Shown: positions 49,430 through 60,900, numbered from the stretch's first letter. The stretch: DNA of 64,000 nucleotides from Candidatus Woesearchaeota archaeon (GCA_030156615.1 JASGME010000002.1:7085-71084), one strand, 5' to 3'. Made by a program: numbers and translations. The notes: generated by a model not told the origin, from the letters alone.

Positions 49430-52400
49430 GGAGAAAAATAAAGGGTTTTGGAAAGAGGAATCGTTTTGAAAGAAGGGCCCTTTTTGTTTTCCTTGCATTA
49501 ATTATCGGAATTAACATTTTTTCTGAGATTGATTTGGTTTATTGTGAAGAACCCCAACAAAATCAACAAAGTGAAACCACTCTTGAGCAAGAATCAACGG
49601 ATACAGAGATAAAGTGGACTGGAGAGTATGGCCCTTTGAACAATACAAATATAATCTATTCTCCTGAAGAAGAGATTGTCTTATGGAGCATATGGAACAT
49701 TTCGTCTGAAGGAGATATCGACATTCCAATTAGTCCTGATGGAAATATTTCAGATATAGAAGGGTTAACATGGAATTGTAGGAATGAAATCAATACTGAC
49801 AGCCAATACAACATTTCTTGTAATGCTACAGGAATACCCGCAGGGAACTATACTTGGAGTATATCATTAAACTATGAAAGCGAAGTATATTCTACTCCTT
49901 TATTTAACTTGGGGATTGAGAGAGCTGAGCCAAACATAACATTGAATGTCTCGAAGGAAACTATATATCAAAATGAAACCATAGAGATCTTTGCTAAGAA
50001 TTTTGAAGATGAAGGAACACTCTACCTTTTCAGAAACGGTTCTGAAATTAAGAATTCAACATATAAAATATCAATCAACCAAACATTTGAAGAGCCAGTA
50101 GAATACGAGATAAAATTAGTTTATAATGGCTCCGAGAACTATTTAGAAAAAACTAAAACTGAAACGATTAAGGTGCTACCCCTTGTATTCTCTCTCAATC
50201 TGACAAAAGGAAACTATTATAATTTGGGAGATGAAGTCGAATTTATTTTAGTAGCACCGAATGGATCTAATTCAAAGATAACTATTTACAGACATCTTGA
50301 ACAAAATATTGGATGGTTAAAAACCGAAATGTACATCAATATTGAGAATGAAACATATCCGAAAATAATATCCTTGGGATGCACGAATAAGACTGGTAAT
50401 TATTCAATAGATGCAGAAATAGAATATCTAAACATAACAAAAGAAATTACAAAAGAATACTTTGTATCAAATAGTATTGAAATTGAGATAGATGTTGAGG
50501 TAGAGGGGGATGAAATTGAAATAGATGAGGGAGAAGAGGTATTAATAGGAGAAGAAATAGAATTGGATGCTCTGGTTTCTGGAGGAATTCCTGGTTATAA
50601 TTATACATGGAGATTAGATAACGGGACCTCTCTGACAGGAAGGAGAATTGAACTGGTTTACAATGAGAAAGGAATACATGAAATCAACCTTACTGTAGAA
50701 GACGCAGAAAAAAACAGCAAAAGTAAGTCTATTACGATTGATGTAGATGAAGGGAAAGAGATAACTGTTAGGGTAAAAGATCCTGCTGGGAGGGCTATTG
50801 AATCAGCTTACGTTTCAATTGGAAATAGAAGGGATTATACAAACGAAAATGGAGAAGTAAAGATAAAAGCTCCACTAGGAGAACAAACACTAAGAGTAGA
50901 TAAGGGAAATTATGAAATGTATAGAAGGGTAATTAAAGTTGAAAATGAAGATACAATTGATGTTGTTCTCAAATTAGAAAAACATATTGCAAATAAAATC
51001 AACAGAATAATCCTATTTAATCCAAAAGACAATGTTACTCTGGACTCTAATGAAGTTACATTTTTAGCAGGTGTTAGCAGTTCTGAACCTGCCAAGTGCA
51101 GCGTTTTAATTAAATCAACGGAATCAGACTGGTTTGAAGAGATAAAAAAGTTTGAGGTTGAAGAAAGCTATGCTTTAGAGCTTAATAAGGAATTAGCAAA
51201 AGGAAAGTATCAATGGAAAATAGAATGCCGTATCAACAATCAATATTTTTCATCAGATATTGCGAGTTTTGAAGTTATAACCAGCAAAGAAACTAAAAAT
51301 CAGGAAACAACCATAAAAAGTGAAAAAATTGATGAGAATATTGACATCGGTTCCTTGAGAACTAAGATAGAGGCAGGATTTGAAAATCTTGATAACCTCA
51401 ACATGGAATCAAAAGAAGTAGCAGAAGTGCTTTCTGTTAAAAAAGAGCTTGAGAAGGCACTTCAAACATTTGAAAGAAAGATGCGGGACTTGAACAATCT
51501 ACAATATAGAGATGACTTAAGCAGCGATGAAAAGAAAGAAAAAGCAGAGGGATACCAAGAAGAGTTGAAGGAATTAGAGAAGAAAACAATATCTTTCGTT
51601 GAAGTAATAGACTCAGAAAACTATGTAAATTATCCAAAGAATGAGAAGCTTATCCAGATTGCCTCAACCTATCAAAATGAGAAAAGCATTTTAGGCAAAA
51701 TAGACGAAGATAAACTAAAAGAACTACAGAATAAGCTGTCTGTTGAAACTAAAGTAAGCCATGTTATGCTAAGCTTTCTCGACAATCAAACAAAGAATAT
51801 TACGCTTGTAGAAAAGACTATAACCTATTCGGGAGAAGAAGACAGTAGAATATTCATCTTAGAAGAGATATCAAAAGATTTTGCAGAATCTACAAATGCA
51901 ATTACATTCCTTGAAGAACAAGAAACAATTAAAAAAGATCCTTTAGTAAAATTTGAATTAGAAGAAAAAATAATCTATTACGCTGAGGGATTCAAGGATT
52001 TTGAGAGTATTAAAGAAAGCAACACAATCCTATTCTCAAACAATCTTATCTCTAATGATAAAAACAGAAATCTTATTACTGGAGCCTTCACCATGCAGGA
52101 AGTTGATTTTACCTCACCTATTTTTGGAATAGTATTTATTTCCATTGTAATTGTCATATACATACTCTTTTCAACAGAAGCAGGAGAAAAGATTATCAGT
52201 TTTGCAAGGATCTCCAAGAAGAGAAAGATGAATAAAATAAATTCTTTGATAAATGATTCCTTAAATTATATTGAAGAAGGCGATCTGAACAACGCCAATC
52301 TCGTTTTCAAAGAGATAAAACTCCTATATGAAAAGATGCCTCAACGGATTAAAAAGGAAGCATATGAAAGTGCAATAGGAGTATATGATAAGATAAACAA

Positions 52401-52575
52401 AGCTTACCTCTCAAAACTAATAGATCAGACAATTGATAAAATTAGGAAAGGTGAAAAGTTGAACAAAATAGAAATAATTGAAAGATTAGACCAAGCGTAC
52501 GATATACTTAATGAAGAAGATAAAAAAGAAATGCAAGATGAAGTTGAAAATCTGCTTAAGATAATCAACAAATAA
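49426..52575 (+). CDS. Giant single-pass surface protein (PKD-like and CarbopepD-reg-like domains, coiled coil, TM, cytoplasmic tail)
   Basis: N-terminal TM/signal 'ALFVFLALIIGINIF'. PKD-like 'GYNYTWRLDNGTSLTGRRIELVYNEKGIHEINLTVEDAEKN'. Cna-B/CarbopepD-like 'ITVRVKDPAGRAIESAYVSIGNRRDYTNENGEVKIKAPLGEQTLRV'. TM 'IFGIVFISIVIVIYILF' at about aa 890. About 140-aa helical tail. Confidence 0.7.
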   Translation: MRRKIKGFGKRNRFERRALFVFLALIIGINIFSEIDLVYCEEPQQNQQSETTLEQESTDTEIKWTGEYGPLNNTNIIYSPEEEIVLWSIWNISSEGDIDIPISPDGNISDIEGLTWNCRNEINTDSQYNISCNATGIPAGNYTWSISLNYESEVYSTPLFNLGIERAEPNITLNVSKETIYQNETIEIFAKNFEDEGTLYLFRNGSEIKNSTYKISINQTFEEPVEYEIKLVYNGSENYLEKTKTETIKVLPLVFSLNLTKGNYYNLGDEVEFILVAPNGSNSKITIYRHLEQNIGWLKTEMYINIENETYPKIISLGCTNKTGNYSIDAEIEYLNITKEITKEYFVSNSIEIEIDVEVEGDEIEIDEGEEVLIGEEIELDALVSGGIPGYNYTWRLDNGTSLTGRRIELVYNEKGIHEINLTVEDAEKNSKSKSITIDVDEGKEITVRVKDPAGRAIESAYVSIGNRRDYTNENGEVKIKAPLGEQTLRVDKGNYEMYRRVIKVENEDTIDVVLKLEKHIANKINRIILFNPKDNVTLDSNEVTFLAGVSSSEPAKCSVLIKSTESDWFEEIKKFEVEESYALELNKELAKGKYQWKIECRINNQYFSSDIASFEVITSKETKNQETTIKSEKIDENIDIGSLRTKIEAGFENLDNLNMESKEVAEVLSVKKELEKALQTFERKMRDLNNLQYRDDLSSDEKKEKAEGYQEELKELEKKTISFVEVIDSENYVNYPKNEKLIQIASTYQNEKSILGKIDEDKLKELQNKLSVETKVSHVMLSFLDNQTKNITLVEKTITYSGEEDSRIFILEEISKDFAESTNAITFLEEQETIKKDPLVKFELEEKIIYYAEGFKDFESIKESNTILFSNNLISNDKNRNLITGAFTMQEVDFTSPIFGIVFISIVIVIYILFSTEAGEKIISFARISKKRKMNKINSLINDSLNYIEEGDLNNANLVFKEIKLLYEKMPQRIKKEAYESAIGVYDKINKAYLSKLIDQTIDKIRKGEKLNKIEIIERLDQAYDILNEEDKKEMQDEVENLLKIINK

Positions 52576-52583
52576 AAAGGAAG

Positions 52584-55500
52584 ATGGAAAAAAGAAAGAG
52601 AAAGGATGTTTTAAACAAGGACATTGAACATATTATAGAAAGAGAACCTGCCTTAGAGAAATTTTTAGATGAAAGAAACAAAAGAAGAATTGAGAGTAAA
52701 AACAACTGGACAATTATTATCTTTCTTATAGTATTCGCAATAATTCTAATAACTGCCTCAATCCTGAAATATGAAGGGATTACCGGATTATTTGTATATC
52801 ATGAGGGCAAAGGCGGATATATATATAATATGAATTTAGAATATAGAAGACCAACCTTTAATTGGGTAGCTCTCTATGGAGCTGCATTCGGAGTCGGATT
52901 TTCACAGCCTTGGGAATTTACCTTTGAACCAGGAGAAACAGAAGAAGCCAATATGTTCTTTGAGTGTGTAGAACAAGGAAAGGATAACCTCTTGTTTGCA
53001 TCTACTGTGCCGCCTGAAGAGATAAATGTGCAGGAACTTGCTCCAATGTCAACATACGATATTGATGCATTTATAAACACAGACCCAAACAATTATGATT
53101 CTGCTTCAAACACATTTACCGAAACAATGAGTATAGAGATTGGCTCTACTGTTATAAACAACATTCCGACCGCTACAACTAAGGTTGGTGATGATACAGA
53201 AGAAGGAACATTTAAAACAGGTCTTTTGAAGGACACAAATGGGAATCCTGTTATAGTAACCATCCTTAATGATAAACTAGTCAAAGGATTCAACAACCGT
53301 TACTATAACTACCAATTTCTACTTCCAGTACATAACAATGAAACCACCAAATATTACATTTTCATTGATCCAACGAATGTTTGTATGTCAGGAACAGAAG
53401 AGCCTTATATAGAAGGAACAGTATATGGAACAGTTAATGACATAAGTGGGAATCCATTAGAGGATGTGCTAATTACCTCAGGCCCAAAATCAACGGTCAC
53501 TGATGAAAAAGGATTTTATAATCTGACAACAGCGGCGGGGGAGACTCTGATTATTGCGATAAAAGAGAGGTATCAGGTTTATGAGAGCAATATTACCATC
53601 CCAGAACTAAATTCTACAGAGCATAACATCATTATGGAACTTGAGACTGAAAAGCAGAAAGAGTATGAAACCCCGCCGATGGAACAAAATGTTGGACCTG
53701 ATTTTGGGCCTGGGGTTGGTCCTGGCGAGATCCCTTATGTAGAAGAGAGACCTTCAGAGATTGAGGGAAAGGAATTTTGGGTTTCTGTCAAAGAGATAAT
53801 CAAGAAGATTAGAGAAGATGAGTTTGCTCAGGAGGTCATTCACATACAGAATTTTAAGAATACTGGGATGCTACTTCAATTCAACATAACCGGTGACGTA
53901 AGAAAACTTGCAATGCTGGATAAAAAGGATATGTTTATCGGTGCAAAAGATTTAGACGATTTAACCATTACTTTCTTTGGCAATAGTTCTCCCGGGATAT
54001 ATAATGGAAGCCTAGATATTAGTGGCGAGATTAATCATAGTATACCAATAAAGATTGAGATTCTAGATAAAGATAAAACTCAAGTCCAAGCATTGCTGAT
54101 GGAAGTCCGTGTGCCTGATAAGAGTTATTATCCGAGTTCGCTTGTTAGATTTGAGACTGCACTTACGAATATGCTTACTGACCAGCAGTATCCAGTTGGA
54201 CTTACATATACTATACAGAATATTGATGGAAATGAAACATTATGGACTCATCAGACAAATGTATTCCTTAGAACCTCTATGTCTATCCTAAAGAACTACG
54301 AATTGCCTCCGAATGTATCCCCTGGAGAATACATCATACGGGTTAGCGCAAGTTATCTTGATTTAACGAGCAGTTCTACTGCTCTGTTCACAGTTACAGA
54401 ACCATTCTTACAACATCTTCTGTTTGGAAAGATAAGGGTTTGGCAGGCGTTAGTTGGTGGGATTGGCTTGGCTCTCTTGATATTTGGTATATTATTGATT
54501 AAGAAGGAGAGAGAATCTAAGAAGAAGTACAATCTCAAAGTTGAATATTCACAACTCCCAAAGCCCGGGACTGGCACGATTTTTGTTGGAAAGATTGCTG
54601 AGACTAACAACAAAGCCTATTTTGAGGTTGATAATTTTAAGACTCACACGATTGTTGCTGGTAGTACTGGTAGTGGTAAGAGCTTTGCAGCTCAAGGGCT
54701 TGTCGAAGAATTGCTGGAGAAGGGGGTATCAGTTATTGTCTTTGATCCAACTGCCCAATGGACTGGTTTCTTGAGGAAGCTTGAGGACAAGGGACTTCTC
54801 AACCTTTATCCAGGGTTTGGAATGAAACCTAATGAAGCGAAGTCTTTTAAGGGCAATATTAGAGAGATTACTGATCCAAGGGAAATTATAAACATCAAAG
54901 AGTACATGAAACCGGGGGAAATTCAGGTTTTCGCACTCCATAAGCTTGATCCAAAAGATATGGATATTTTTGTAGCAAACACGGTTAGAGAGGTTTTCCA
55001 CGAGAATTTTGATGAATCGCGGGAGCTAAGGCTTTGCCTTGTTTACGATGAGGTCCATAGATTGCTTTCAAAGTTTGGCGGTAGCGGTGAGGGCTTCATA
55101 CAGATTGAAAGGGCTTGCAGAGAGTTTAGGAAGTGGGGCATAGGTGTAATCCTTATCAGTCAGGTTTTGGCGGACTTTGTTGGACAGATTAAAGCTAATA
55201 TCAATACAGAAGTGCAAATGAGAACTAGGGATGAAGGAGATCTTGAAAGGATTAAAACAAAGTATGGAGATGATGTATTGAAGAGTTTGGTTAAAGCGAG
55301 TGTAGGAACTGGAATGGTTGAGAATGCTGCATACAACAGGGGCCGCCCTTACTTCATTACATTCAAGCCAATCAGACATTCGGTAGAGAGGCTATCCGAT
55401 GAGGAGATTGAAAAATATAATGAGTATAATGACATTATAGATCAGATGCAGTATGAACTGGAACAGCTTGAAAAACTTGGCCAAGATGTATTTGACTTGA

Positions 55501-56531
55501 AATTGGAGTTAAAGCTTGCTCTTGATAAAGTAAAGGCAGGCGGATTCAACATGGCACAGATTTACATCGATGGCTTGAAGCCGAGGATTGAGAAGCTCTG
55601 GAAGAAGCTTGGAAAGGAGCCAAAGAAGTTGGAGAGGAAGAAGGTTTCTGAAGAAGAGATGAAGGAAGAGTTAGAGAAGGCTAAGAAAGAAAGAGAAGAA
55701 GCTATGGCCAAAGAAAAGAATAAAGGAGACAAAGATGAGAAGAAGGAGGAATCTCCAATTGAACGGTTTAACGAAGATGTTCCACCGGATAAAATGCTGA
55801 AGCTCAATAATGGAATGCTTGTAGTTAACCCAAGAAACTTGTATGCAGAGATTGAAGCGATGAAAGAATCTGTATTCAAATCTCATGTGAATGAGAATAA
55901 GAACGACTTCGCCGAATGGTTTAGAGATGCGGTAGGAGATTATGAGCTCGCAGAACTCCTTGAATCAACCAGAGACAAGAAGAAGATTTTGGAATTGTTG
56001 GACAGGAGAAGCAAAGGAGAGAAACTGTCTGAAGTGGAAATGAAGAAAGAAGATGAGAAGGAAGCGGATATTGAGCAATCAGGTGATAAGACAAAAGAGA
56101 AAGTGGAGAAAGAGAGAGATGAAGAAGGAGATAAAGAGAAAAAAGACGATGAAGAAAACAAAGAAAGAAAGGAAGATAATGAAAGAAATATAAGCAAAGA
56201 TGATGAGAAAAAAGATAATGAAAAGGATGCCTCTTCCAACTCAAAAGGTGACATAGAACTTGATGAGATACTTAAAAAGAGGGCTCCAAAAGGCAAGGAA
56301 TTCAAGTTCTCAAACGGCAAAGAGGCATCTAATCTTGAGGAGTTAGTTGAAACTCTGAAGGATATGCCCGAAGAGGAATTCATTAGTTATGTTAATAAAG
56401 ATAAGCACGATTTCTCAAACTGGGTAAGATATTCTTTAGAGAATGATGAGCTCGCTGATAAGCTATCAAAGATTATGAGCAAGGACAAGCTCATAGAGGC
56501 GTTGTCAAATGGTAGAAGAAAAGAAGAGTGA
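52584..56531 (+). CDS. Bitopic membrane protein: N-terminal TM, about 560-aa ectodomain, second TM, cytoplasmic HerA/FtsK-superfamily (DUF87-like) P-loop ATPase, and 2x repeated C-terminal module
   Basis: TM1 'IIIFLIVFAIILITASIL'. Ectodomain with CarbopepD-reg-like 'YGTVNDISGNPLEDVLITSG...TDEKGFYNL'. TM2 'ALVGGIGLALLIFGILLI' (about nt 54438-54503). Walker A 'TIVAGSTGSGKSFAAQGLVEELLEKGVSVIVFDPTAQW' (HerA 'GxTGSGKS...DPhGEY' pattern). Walker B 'CLVYDEVHRLL'. Two tail modules ('LKLNNGMLVVNP...KNDFAEWFRDAVGDYELAELL' and 'FKFSNGKEASNLEEL...KHDFSNWVRYSLENDELADKL') separated by K/E/D-rich linkers. Confidence 0.75.
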   Translation: MEKRKRKDVLNKDIEHIIEREPALEKFLDERNKRRIESKNNWTIIIFLIVFAIILITASILKYEGITGLFVYHEGKGGYIYNMNLEYRRPTFNWVALYGAAFGVGFSQPWEFTFEPGETEEANMFFECVEQGKDNLLFASTVPPEEINVQELAPMSTYDIDAFINTDPNNYDSASNTFTETMSIEIGSTVINNIPTATTKVGDDTEEGTFKTGLLKDTNGNPVIVTILNDKLVKGFNNRYYNYQFLLPVHNNETTKYYIFIDPTNVCMSGTEEPYIEGTVYGTVNDISGNPLEDVLITSGPKSTVTDEKGFYNLTTAAGETLIIAIKERYQVYESNITIPELNSTEHNIIMELETEKQKEYETPPMEQNVGPDFGPGVGPGEIPYVEERPSEIEGKEFWVSVKEIIKKIREDEFAQEVIHIQNFKNTGMLLQFNITGDVRKLAMLDKKDMFIGAKDLDDLTITFFGNSSPGIYNGSLDISGEINHSIPIKIEILDKDKTQVQALLMEVRVPDKSYYPSSLVRFETALTNMLTDQQYPVGLTYTIQNIDGNETLWTHQTNVFLRTSMSILKNYELPPNVSPGEYIIRVSASYLDLTSSSTALFTVTEPFLQHLLFGKIRVWQALVGGIGLALLIFGILLIKKERESKKKYNLKVEYSQLPKPGTGTIFVGKIAETNNKAYFEVDNFKTHTIVAGSTGSGKSFAAQGLVEELLEKGVSVIVFDPTAQWTGFLRKLEDKGLLNLYPGFGMKPNEAKSFKGNIREITDPREIINIKEYMKPGEIQVFALHKLDPKDMDIFVANTVREVFHENFDESRELRLCLVYDEVHRLLSKFGGSGEGFIQIERACREFRKWGIGVILISQVLADFVGQIKANINTEVQMRTRDEGDLERIKTKYGDDVLKSLVKASVGTGMVENAAYNRGRPYFITFKPIRHSVERLSDEEIEKYNEYNDIIDQMQYELEQLEKLGQDVFDLKLELKLALDKVKAGGFNMAQIYIDGLKPRIEKLWKKLGKEPKKLERKKVSEEEMKEELEKAKKEREEAMAKEKNKGDKDEKKEESPIERFNEDVPPDKMLKLNNGMLVVNPRNLYAEIEAMKESVFKSHVNENKNDFAEWFRDAVGDYELAELLESTRDKKKILELLDRRSKGEKLSEVEMKKEDEKEADIEQSGDKTKEKVEKERDEEGDKEKKDDEENKERKEDNERNISKDDEKKDNEKDASSNSKGDIELDEILKKRAPKGKEFKFSNGKEASNLEELVETLKDMPEEEFISYVNKDKHDFSNWVRYSLENDELADKLSKIMSKDKLIEALSNGRRKEE

Positions 56532-57012
56532 GGAGGTTCAAAACTCGGAAGAGAATAAAGAAGATGATGGAGACAAGAAAGAAAAAAGAGATCTAGGAAA
56601 AATGGAGCTTGACAGAGTAATGAACATTTCGGAGAAATACTTAGAGAAAGTCAATAGAATGAAGATGCTTGCTGGAAAGGATTTACGAGAGAACATCGAA
56701 AAGGTAGAAGAGCTAAAGGAAAAACTTAGAGAGTTTGAAGGAGAGATTTCAGCAGCCAGAAAAACAGGAAAGAATATGTTCCATTCTTCATCCTTTTTAA
56801 AACTGGCTAAAGGAAAGATTGGAATACTTGAGATTGAATATAATGAAGAAGAGATAGATAAAATGATTGAGCTTATAAATGAGATTGGGGAGCAAATCAA
56901 GGAGGATAAAGATAGGAAGGTGTTTGATTTGAGGAGCGAAATAATGATGAAGGCAAAGGATAATATAAGCAAAGAGTCAAAAGAAGAATCACAAGAAAAG
57001 ACAGATGAATAA
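56509..57012 (+). CDS. Acidic coiled-coil protein (possible start at internal Met 56602)
   Basis: K/E-rich helical sequence with heptad character. 5' end overlaps the ATPase gene in another frame. No family recognised. Confidence 0.45.
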   Translation: MVEEKKSEEVQNSEENKEDDGDKKEKRDLGKMELDRVMNISEKYLEKVNRMKMLAGKDLRENIEKVEELKEKLREFEGEISAARKTGKNMFHSSSFLKLAKGKIGILEIEYNEEEIDKMIELINEIGEQIKEDKDRKVFDLRSEIMMKAKDNISKESKEESQEKTDE

Positions 57013-57065
57013 AGATAGATAAAAAAGGTTATAATAAAAGATGATATGAGAAAGGGGGTGAGATT

Positions 57066-57953
57066 ATGTGGCCATTTAAAAGGAAACCGAGCGATGAGGA
57101 ACTGATTCAGCAGAATCTGGAAAATGAAAAAAAAAGAGTGGAGGTTGGAAATAGCTCTGAAGAGAACAACTTTGATGAGTCAAAGTTGGGTATAGAACTG
57201 ATAAAACTCAGTGCTAAGGTTGAAGGATTGAGTGAAGAAAGAAAAGCCATTAATGAAAGGTTTTCCAAGATAAATGAAGAGATTGGAGAGCTGAGAGGCA
57301 TTCTGACAGATACATCAAAAACTATTGCAAATCTTGAAACTGCTGCCACTAAGGCAATTGATCTTGTTGAATCAGTCAAACCCGAGACCCTGATGGTTGA
57401 AGTCAGAAAGGTTGATTCAAAGACAGAGGCTCTAAAGGCAAATATTGAAAGCAATGAGTCTCTTGCCAAGAATGTATTGGAGCAACTGAAACAGATGCAG
57501 AACAAGATAAATTTCTATAAGGGGGTTGAACAGGTAACTAAGCTTAATGATGAAATTAAGGATGAGTTGATTGAGATAAAGAAAAGAGAAGCCACAGTAG
57601 AGAGGCATTCTAATAAGGTTGAGTCTATGTTTGTTGAGGTTGAGAAGAGATTCTCTGAATTTGATAAGTTCAATGATGTTACTAAGAATCTTCAAAGGAG
57701 TTTTGACAAGCTTCAGGGTGATTTTGATAAGCTAAAGGTTGAGATAGACAAGAAAGCTGACAAGAATGAGATGGTTACATTCATCAAGAAATTCAACAAG
57801 TTTGAGAAGCACACTACTAATCTAATAAACATGCTTGACGACAAGACAAAATCAACGATGGAAGAATTAAAGAATAAGTTTTCAAAACTCTCCAAAGAGA
57901 TTAAAGAGGAGGTTGAAGATTCCCTTAAGAAGATAAAGGAAAATAGCAAATAG
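57066..57953 (+). CDS. Coiled-coil protein (295 aa)
   Basis: Continuous heptad-rich helical sequence ('...KTIANLETAATKAIDLVESV...'), cytoplasmic in character. Encoded between the ATPase and the giant adhesin. Confidence 0.5.
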   Translation: MWPFKRKPSDEELIQQNLENEKKRVEVGNSSEENNFDESKLGIELIKLSAKVEGLSEERKAINERFSKINEEIGELRGILTDTSKTIANLETAATKAIDLVESVKPETLMVEVRKVDSKTEALKANIESNESLAKNVLEQLKQMQNKINFYKGVEQVTKLNDEIKDELIEIKKREATVERHSNKVESMFVEVEKRFSEFDKFNDVTKNLQRSFDKLQGDFDKLKVEIDKKADKNEMVTFIKKFNKFEKHTTNLINMLDDKTKSTMEELKNKFSKLSKEIKEEVEDSLKKIKENSK

Positions 57954-57968
57954 AAATAAGGATTTCAG

Positions 57969-60900
57969 ATGCAAAAAAGAAAAATTATTGGAGGTTTGTT
58001 AGTTTTAATCATATTCCTGATTTTAGGTAATCAGGGCTCTTTTTCTGAGATTCAGGATTCTGCTGTTTCTTTTGCCCCTCTTGAAAAGGAGGCATATGGA
58101 ATTAATGAAAGTATAGAGATTGAGCTACTTCCTAAAGAGATTAATGGAATTGATGTTTCCAACGAATATGATTTGGTGATGGTTAAAGAAGATCTGAGAA
58201 GCAAGTATTTTGGTGAGCTGTTTTTTCCTCTTGTGCTAAGTTTTTCTGAGCCGGGAGAATATATAATGTTTTTAATTAATAATCAAGGGGAAGAGATTAG
58301 TCGTCTGAAATTTGTTGTTTCTGATGATAAAGATAGCAATGTGACGAAAAAAGAGGCAGATAATGATAGGTATCCTGTGCTTAAGATAAGCTCAAACATG
58401 CTTGCTAAGGGAGAAGAATTGATAATTTCGCTTTTGGAAGGCGATATTACCGATTCCTCATTGGATCTATATATCACCCATGAAAATAAGAATTTCAAGT
58501 TGTTAGAGCTTTCCAGAGAGGTTAGATTTACTCCTTCTAAAGAGGGAGAATATCGAGTTCAGCTCAGGGATGATGAAAAGGTTGTTGATGAGATGATTTT
58601 TTATGTTGAAGAAAAAAGCAATAACGAAAAAAGCGAGAATAAAGAGATGTTGCCTAAAAGAGAAACTGGAGGAGAATTTAACCTTTCTTCTTTGAATCAA
58701 GAAAAAAGGCTTGCAACTATTCCAGTTAGGGCAAAGAATCACAAAGGGCAAACGAAAGAGCTTATTGGAGTCCTAGGGAGCTCTTTTCGAGGAGAATTTG
58801 TTGAAGTTGTTAATGCAACAAACAATATAAAAAGAATCAGAGTCTATGATCTGAAGCTGAACAACATTAATGAACTGAAGATAGAGGATATTGATAATAA
58901 AGAGGTTTGGGTAAACCGGGAGAAGAGCGTACAATCCTTTGCAATTGATCCACGGGCTTTGAATTTCTCATTTGCTCAGATTGAACTTGAGGCAAAAGGA
59001 ACTGCATTGTATAAATGCGAGGAGTATGATTTCGATACACAAGAATGTTTTGGTGGCTGGAAGAAAGAAAGGAACATTGTTCCTGGAGAGAATTATACTA
59101 TTGTGCTTACCCCTGAGGATCCTTTGTACAGCGAAATAAACACTTCTGTCGGATGCAGCTGCTCTGATTCGGCAAATCGGCAGACTAGCGGAACACTCTC
59201 CTGTTCTACTTTCTGCCCTTTTAACATAGACATCCCTGAAGATGCAATGAGTTTTTTCCTTCAAGAGATTTATTATGACATTACTGTTACTGTGAATAAC
59301 GATAGATGTACAATGACAAATGCTCAGCAGAGAGGATATTTTGACCATGATCAAAATCAAGGGGATGGTGATGAAGCTATTATAGGGAGCAGTTCTTATA
59401 CTTCAACCACATCAACAACATGGACAAATTCAAGCATTGCACAATCAGGTTCTTATTCTTTCACTAACCTTGATTGCAGCAATTGGCCTAATTATTGCAC
59501 TTATTATGTATACATTAATTCAAGCATGGATTTTACTTCGCCATTTGGGTTACTTAGGAGAAGTCCTAGTATGACTATTTCTGTTGATGCTATAAATTAT
59601 ACTATCAACTATACAGAAGCAGGCTCCTTCTCAGTATCCCTTGATTCGCCATTTCACCTATACAGGACGAATGCAACTATACAAGAATTTACATATACCC
59701 CAAGCAATGAAGATTATTCTATCAGCAACTGTTCTATATATACTAATGAAACAAGCTGGAGCGTGAAGAATACTACTTATTCTATCACAAACGGAAGTCA
59801 GAACACAATAACAGCAGAGTTCAATAATGAAGGACATTATGCCTGGAATGTGAGGTGCTGGGATTCTAATGGGAATAACGCTACTTCTGCAACAAACAGA
59901 ACTATTATTATCGATAGGACTGGTCCTGAGATTGCTCTTGTTTCTCCAGCAAACGAAGAAACATATACAGATTCAAATGTTGTTTCCTTTACCTATAATG
60001 TGAGCGATGATTCAGATATTGATAATTGCACTTTATACATAAATGGAATTGCTAAGAAAACAGACAGTTCTATATCAAAGGGCCAAAACCAGATTATATA
60101 TTATAACCTTAACAATGGAGATTATACTTGGTCCATTGGCTGCATTGATGAAGCAGGGAATTTTAATCAAAGCAGCTCACGAGATCTCACTGTAGCAGCG
60201 ATCAAGCCAATTTATTATGGAAGCTGGTATGAATCTTCTTCCAATGATTGCACAATATTCCCTTGTGAAATTTCTTTACAGCAGCAGAACGATGGAACCC
60301 AGAATTCTATTTCTGGAACAATACCTGCTTCTGCTTCTGAGCTGATAATCAAAGCAGAATCTCCTTTTATGGGAGCGAACGGTGCAGAAATATCTACTTC
60401 AAATGTACTTTTCAGCACTTATTTTCAAACATCTAATAGCAGAGTAGAAGTAAGCTGGTGGTTATATATCCTGAACAGCTCTGATGGAAAAGAGTTGATA
60501 TGCTCAAATACATTAGGAACAGCAAGTTCTTCTGGAGCAGCTACAACAGGGAGTTGTACACCTTCTAGCGACAAGAGACTTCTTAGCACTGACAGGTTAT
60601 ACTATGAAATAGAACTTACAAACACATTTCCCATATTTTCAAGGAATTTCAATCATCTTATTGATCATGTCTCAAGCTTTGTAAATATTACTGGTTTTAC
60701 CCAGTTGGGAAATCTTGAAGCAACAAAAACCTCTCCATCTTCTACATTATACATTAATCAAGGTGAATCTTTTATATTATCATGTGATGTGAATTGCAGT
60801 GCTGGAAGTTGTCTTAATACAAATGTAACAGCAGAGACCAATGAATCGGGAAGCTGGAACGTCATATCTTCTTCAGGGATTGTATCGCTTAATGGAAGCG

